Origin: Gemmatimonadota bacterium
Lineage (GTDB): Bacteria; Gemmatimonadota; Gemmatimonadetes; Palauibacterales; Palauibacteraceae
Reading direction: 5' to 3'
Assembly: GCA_963666735.1 (NCBI GenBank)
Contig: OY762926.1
Coordinates: forward strand, 1,901,447 to 1,965,446
DNA length: 64,000 nt
Positions within the stretch are counted from its first letter, which is position 1. Each line of letters opens with the position of its first letter. Both the position numbers and the translations under genes were made by a program. The notes beneath the pieces are model-generated. The model searched no databases and had not been told where the DNA came from. It was given only the letters and a program-made list of their open reading frames with translations. Of this stretch, positions 60,716 to 64,000 are shown piece by piece.

Positions 60716-61564
60716 TCAGTTACGGAGGGACATCGAGTAGACGACGCGCCGACCCGCTGCGCGACCGTTGCGGCCGATGGCCGTACCGGTCAGCCGGATT
60801 TCGCGCACGCGGGAGAGTTCCCCCGGTGCCACGCCGGCCTGGATGGCGCCTCCCGACAGCCGGTACTCGAACGCCGCGCCGAGCTCGAGCGGGGACACGA
60901 ACTCCTGGCCGTTGCGCCGGATGGATACCGTTCCCGGTTCGGAATCGGATCGGCGGATCGCGTAGGTGAGCCGTCCATAGACGCGAGCGAGCGAGCCGGG
61001 CACGGGCGTCGTCCCGAAGCCGCCGTTCCAGCCGCTTGTGCGCCGGAACCACCGGGTCGGCATTCGGTTCGCCCGATCCGCTCCCGCCGCCCGGCAGGCG
61101 GTCTCCGCCGCCACCGAGACACTTGAGGCGGGCGTGAACCCGTCCGCGTAGTTCCAGTCCGCGGAGTACGGCCCGGAGAACGCCGTGCCGCGCCACCCGG
61201 ACTGAAGGTTCGCGGCGATGGAATCGTAGGCGAAGAGATCGATCGATCCGCTGCTCACCGTGTCGCACACGATTGCCCTCAACACGACGACGCGGACGGA
61301 CACGGTGTCGGGCGTTGCGACGAGCAGGTCGCCCGGCCCGGCGCCGCGGATCTCCGCTCCCATGCCGTCGGCCAGTGCGCGTGCCGTCTGCGACGCCCGG
61401 ATGGCGTCCTCATTACGCAGATGAAAGCGGCTCTGACTCCCCAACAGGCCGATGAGCAGGCCGATGAGCAGACCGGCGCCAGCGAGCGCGACGAGCATTT
61501 CGGCAAGGGTGAACCCTCCCTGGCGGCATGGTCGGGGCGGCGTGAGGGGGCGCGGAATGCTCAT
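60716..61564 (-). CDS. Minor pilin (PilW-like)
   Basis: G|FTLAEMLVAL class III signal. Confidence 0.75.
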   Translation of the reverse strand: MSIPRPLTPPRPCRQGGFTLAEMLVALAGAGLLIGLLIGLLGSQSRFHLRNEDAIRASQTARALADGMGAEIRGAGPGDLLVATPDTVSVRVVVLRAIVCDTVSSGSIDLFAYDSIAANLQSGWRGTAFSGPYSADWNYADGFTPASSVSVAAETACRAAGADRANRMPTRWFRRTSGWNGGFGTTPVPGSLARVYGRLTYAIRRSDSEPGTVSIRRNGQEFVSPLELGAAFEYRLSGGAIQAGVAPGELSRVREIRLTGTAIGRNGRAAGRRVVYSMSLRN

Positions 61565-61929
61565 GGCGCCGCAGGCAGCGGGCGAGGCCGCGAGAGGACG
61601 ATCTCGAGTGCCGCCGCCGGGGCTGGCGGCAGCGACACGGTTACGCGGGCGAGCTTGAGCCGCGGCAGCGGCGCGGTCACGTCATGCGAGATGTCGAATC
61701 GACGTCCACCGATATCGACGGTACTCGTGTGGGAGACGGCGGCGGCATGCCCGGCTCGGACGAGCGACTCCACGGCGTTTCGTCCCGCGAGCGCGTGGTC
61801 CGTACCCCACTGCGCCCGTAGCGCCAGGGAACCGATCCCGAGCGCGACGCCCGCCGCTCCGAGGATCCCGATGGACGTGACGACGATGGCCAGCAGGACC
61901 TCGACCAGACTGAAGCCCGCAGTCTTCAA
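61561..61929 (-). CDS. Minor pilin (PilV-like)
   Basis: G|FSLVEVLLAI class III signal. Confidence 0.75.
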   Translation of the reverse strand: MKTAGFSLVEVLLAIVVTSIGILGAAGVALGIGSLALRAQWGTDHALAGRNAVESLVRAGHAAAVSHTSTVDIGGRRFDISHDVTAPLPRLKLARVTVSLPPAPAAALEIVLSRPRPLPAAP

Positions 61930-62405
61930 TGTTGAAAAGGTACCGCGCGAACCCGGCCCAGGAAGTTCGACACCAGCCGAACGCCGCGCTTGCCGCGGTA
62001 CAGGTGGATGCTGCCGGGGGATCCGTGTCCCCTGGCGTTGAAACGGAGAGTGGAGGGCTGCAATCGCACCGAGTCGATCCGGCCGAGCGCGTGCCTCCCG
62101 AGATCGACGCGGGACAGCAACGACCCTCCGCGCCGCGATACTTCGAGATGGGTCCCCGCGAGCGTCACCGCAGTCGGCGCATGGGTCGCCACGGCGTGGA
62201 GACGTGCCAACGCGAGCTGCGACTCCGCCACCCGGGCGGCTCGGGTCAGACTGAAGCTGTCGAGGGGTCCGCGCGAGATGATGACAGTCGCGGCCAGCCC
62301 TGTGACCGCCAGCGCGACCGCGACTTCCACCAGACTGAACCCGTTCCGCCCTGTACGCGATCCTGTGCGCGATCCATGAGATCCGCGTGATCCGCCTTGC
62401 TGCAC
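61926..62405 (-). CDS. Minor pilin (FimT/GspH-like)
   Basis: G|FSLVEV, ARLHAV, LRFNARG, GRVR. Confidence 0.75.
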   Translation of the reverse strand: MQQGGSRGSHGSRTGSRTGRNGFSLVEVAVALAVTGLAATVIISRGPLDSFSLTRAARVAESQLALARLHAVATHAPTAVTLAGTHLEVSRRGGSLLSRVDLGRHALGRIDSVRLQPSTLRFNARGHGSPGSIHLYRGKRGVRLVSNFLGRVRAVPFQH

Positions 62406-62477
62406 GGGGTGCTCCCTTTCTCGAATGAGGCGTTGCCGATTCTGTCCGTAAGTATCGCTTCCCGTGTCAACGGCGCA

Positions 62478-62903
62478 TCAACAGCTGGTGGCCTCGATGA
62501 TCTGCCCGACCACGCCCGAGGCGTTGGCGGCGGACGAATTGACGCACCACGTGTTCGGCGAGGATGCGTGTTTCGCCGTGATCTGGTAGCCGTCCGTGTA
62601 CGCCGTCACGGCCAGCGAGATGTTCGTGCTGGCCTGGAAATCTCGAGTCCCGTCGCCATCGAGGTCCGCCCCTCCGCCGGCCGCCACGCTGACCGCGGCA
62701 TAGGCCTGGCTGGTAAAGAAGTGCGCTTCCTCGGCCGTCATCATGTTGCGAATGTCGCTCTGCGCGGCGGCATCGAACGCCTTTTCCTTCGTACTCGTGA
62801 ACTGCGGAATCGCGATGGCCGCCAAAATGCCGATGATGACGACCACGATCAGCAGTTCGATCAGCGTGAACCCCTCGGCACCACTCCTCGTCGTTCTTCT
62901 CAT
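62478..62903 (-). CDS. pilA: Major type IV pilin
   Basis: G|FTLIELLIVVVIIGILAAIAIPQF; C-terminal Cys pair. Confidence 0.9.
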   Translation of the reverse strand: MRRTTRSGAEGFTLIELLIVVVIIGILAAIAIPQFTSTKEKAFDAAAQSDIRNMMTAEEAHFFTSQAYAAVSVAAGGGADLDGDGTRDFQASTNISLAVTAYTDGYQITAKHASSPNTWCVNSSAANASGVVGQIIEATSC

Positions 62904-63013
62904 CCCTTTCCTCACTTCCGCCCGGGTTGGATCTTCGGCAGCACCTCCGGTGGGGGCTGCGCGAGCCGCGGCTCCCGGCGGCGCGCCGGCGACCGCGGAC
63001 GGTTACCCTACAG

Positions 63014-63559
63014 TTAGTCATCGTCCAGCAACGGAGTATCAACGCCCCAGTCCGGAGGTTCATCGAAGCCCGAAGCCGCACGGATTCGGCCATGCCGCAC
63101 CGACAGGGTCAGCGAATGCACACGTCCGGCACTGTCACGCAGCGGCCGGCGGATATCGTCGGTCCCGCCCGATGGCTCCAGAGGCTCCGGAGGCGGCAAC
63201 CCCAGCGCGCGCAACGTCTCCGGCACGGTGTCGAAACCCCCCGCGAAGGCGGCCGTCCACGACCGGACGAGTGCCGGACCGCCGATCCGGTCAGGCCTGG
63301 CTCGCAGACGCAGCGTCCAGTTCGGAGCCTCGAAGCGCAGCCACCGGTCCTCCCCCGCCCGCCGGTCCGCCACCACGCGTCCGTACCGCTCGAAGGCCGC
63401 ATCGACAGGCTGGCCGAGGAGGTCCCGCACGCAGGGAGCCGTCGCGCCGTGGATGGCGTCTCCGTCGTTTGTGCTCGCGGACATGCGGCAAGAAGAGGAA
63501 TGGGGAGAAACCCCGCAAGCCGCGAGGCCCGCTTCCCGCGATATCGGCAGGGGCGTCAC
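63014..63559 (-). CDS. Hypothetical protein
   Basis: Co-oriented ORF filling the pilC-pilA gap with a GTGA overlap; no recognisable motif. Confidence 0.45.
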   Translation of the reverse strand: MTPLPISREAGLAACGVSPHSSSCRMSASTNDGDAIHGATAPCVRDLLGQPVDAAFERYGRVVADRRAGEDRWLRFEAPNWTLRLRARPDRIGGPALVRSWTAAFAGGFDTVPETLRALGLPPPEPLEPSGGTDDIRRPLRDSAGRVHSLTLSVRHGRIRAASGFDEPPDWGVDTPLLDDD

Positions 63560-64000
63560 TGGATCGCGTTGATGAGTTCGAAGATCGGGAGGTACATGGC
63601 GATGATCATCCCGCCGACGAGACCTCCGAGGAACACGATCAGAACCGGCTCCAGTATCCTGAGCAGGCTCTCGGCGCCGGCATCGACTTCGTCGTCGTAG
63701 AAGTCGGCGATCCGGGCCAGCATCTCATCGAGATCGCCGGTCTCTTCTCCGACGTGGATCATTCGGGCCACCATGGGAGGGAAGGCCCGGGTCTCCTGCA
63801 GAGGCCGAGCGATGGAGTGACCCCGCTGGATCGCGGCCCGACTCGTCCGTATCGCGTCCTCGATGACCCGGTTCCCCGCCGTCCGCGCCGTGATCTCGAG
63901 CCCCTCGAGAATGGGGACCCCCGACGAGAGCAGCGTTCCCAAGGTCCGCGTGACGCGGGACACCGCGGCTTTCCGGATCAGCGGGCCGAGAACCGGCAGC
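63556..64000 (-). CDS. pilC: Type IV pilus platform protein PilC/GspF, 3' part (runs off the window)
   Basis: TLGTLLSSGVPILEGL, GEETGDLDEML..IADFY, AMYLPIF. Confidence 0.93.
   Translation of the reverse strand, partial: LPVLGPLIRKAAVSRVTRTLGTLLSSGVPILEGLEITARTAGNRVIEDAIRTSRAAIQRGHSIARPLQETRAFPPMVARMIHVGEETGDLDEMLARIADFYDDEVDAGAESLLRILEPVLIVFLGGLVGGMIIAMYLPIFELINAIQ

Overview
This is a high-GC bacterial chromosome segment. The gene set and order (topA-xerC-hslVU-argF-gcvT, tRNA-Leu-tig-clpPX-engB, pilMNOPQ-aroCK) suggest Gemmatimonadota; that assignment is inferred, not database-checked. Housekeeping blocks occupy 1-6.3 kb and 32.2-64 kb. An approximately 26-kb accessory region (6.3-32.2 kb) splits an apparent nucleoside-catabolism operon (nupC-punA | deoC-aldehyde dehydrogenase). 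It holds an orphan higA with a 13-codon higB scar, katG, and a tandem array of minus-strand modules. Each module couples a small secreted Cys-rich protein or peptide with exported NHL-like beta-propeller proteins. One module type also has a CxxC thioredoxin-like protein, and two blocks are headed by a pseudo-receiver/HTH regulator. Modules are separated by diverged duplicates of the katG 3' end (one fused back-to-back with a punA 3' duplicate) and by a conserved hairpin, with no integrase inside. Four IS insertions with readable target duplications (IS481, two copies of one IS3, a second IS3-like element) interrupt the array. The same 'core gene - propeller cargo - duplicated gene fragment' pattern recurs at 43-45 kb. 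The best candidate for an undescribed system is this diversifying Cys-rich peptide / beta-propeller array and its integrase-free accretion mechanism.
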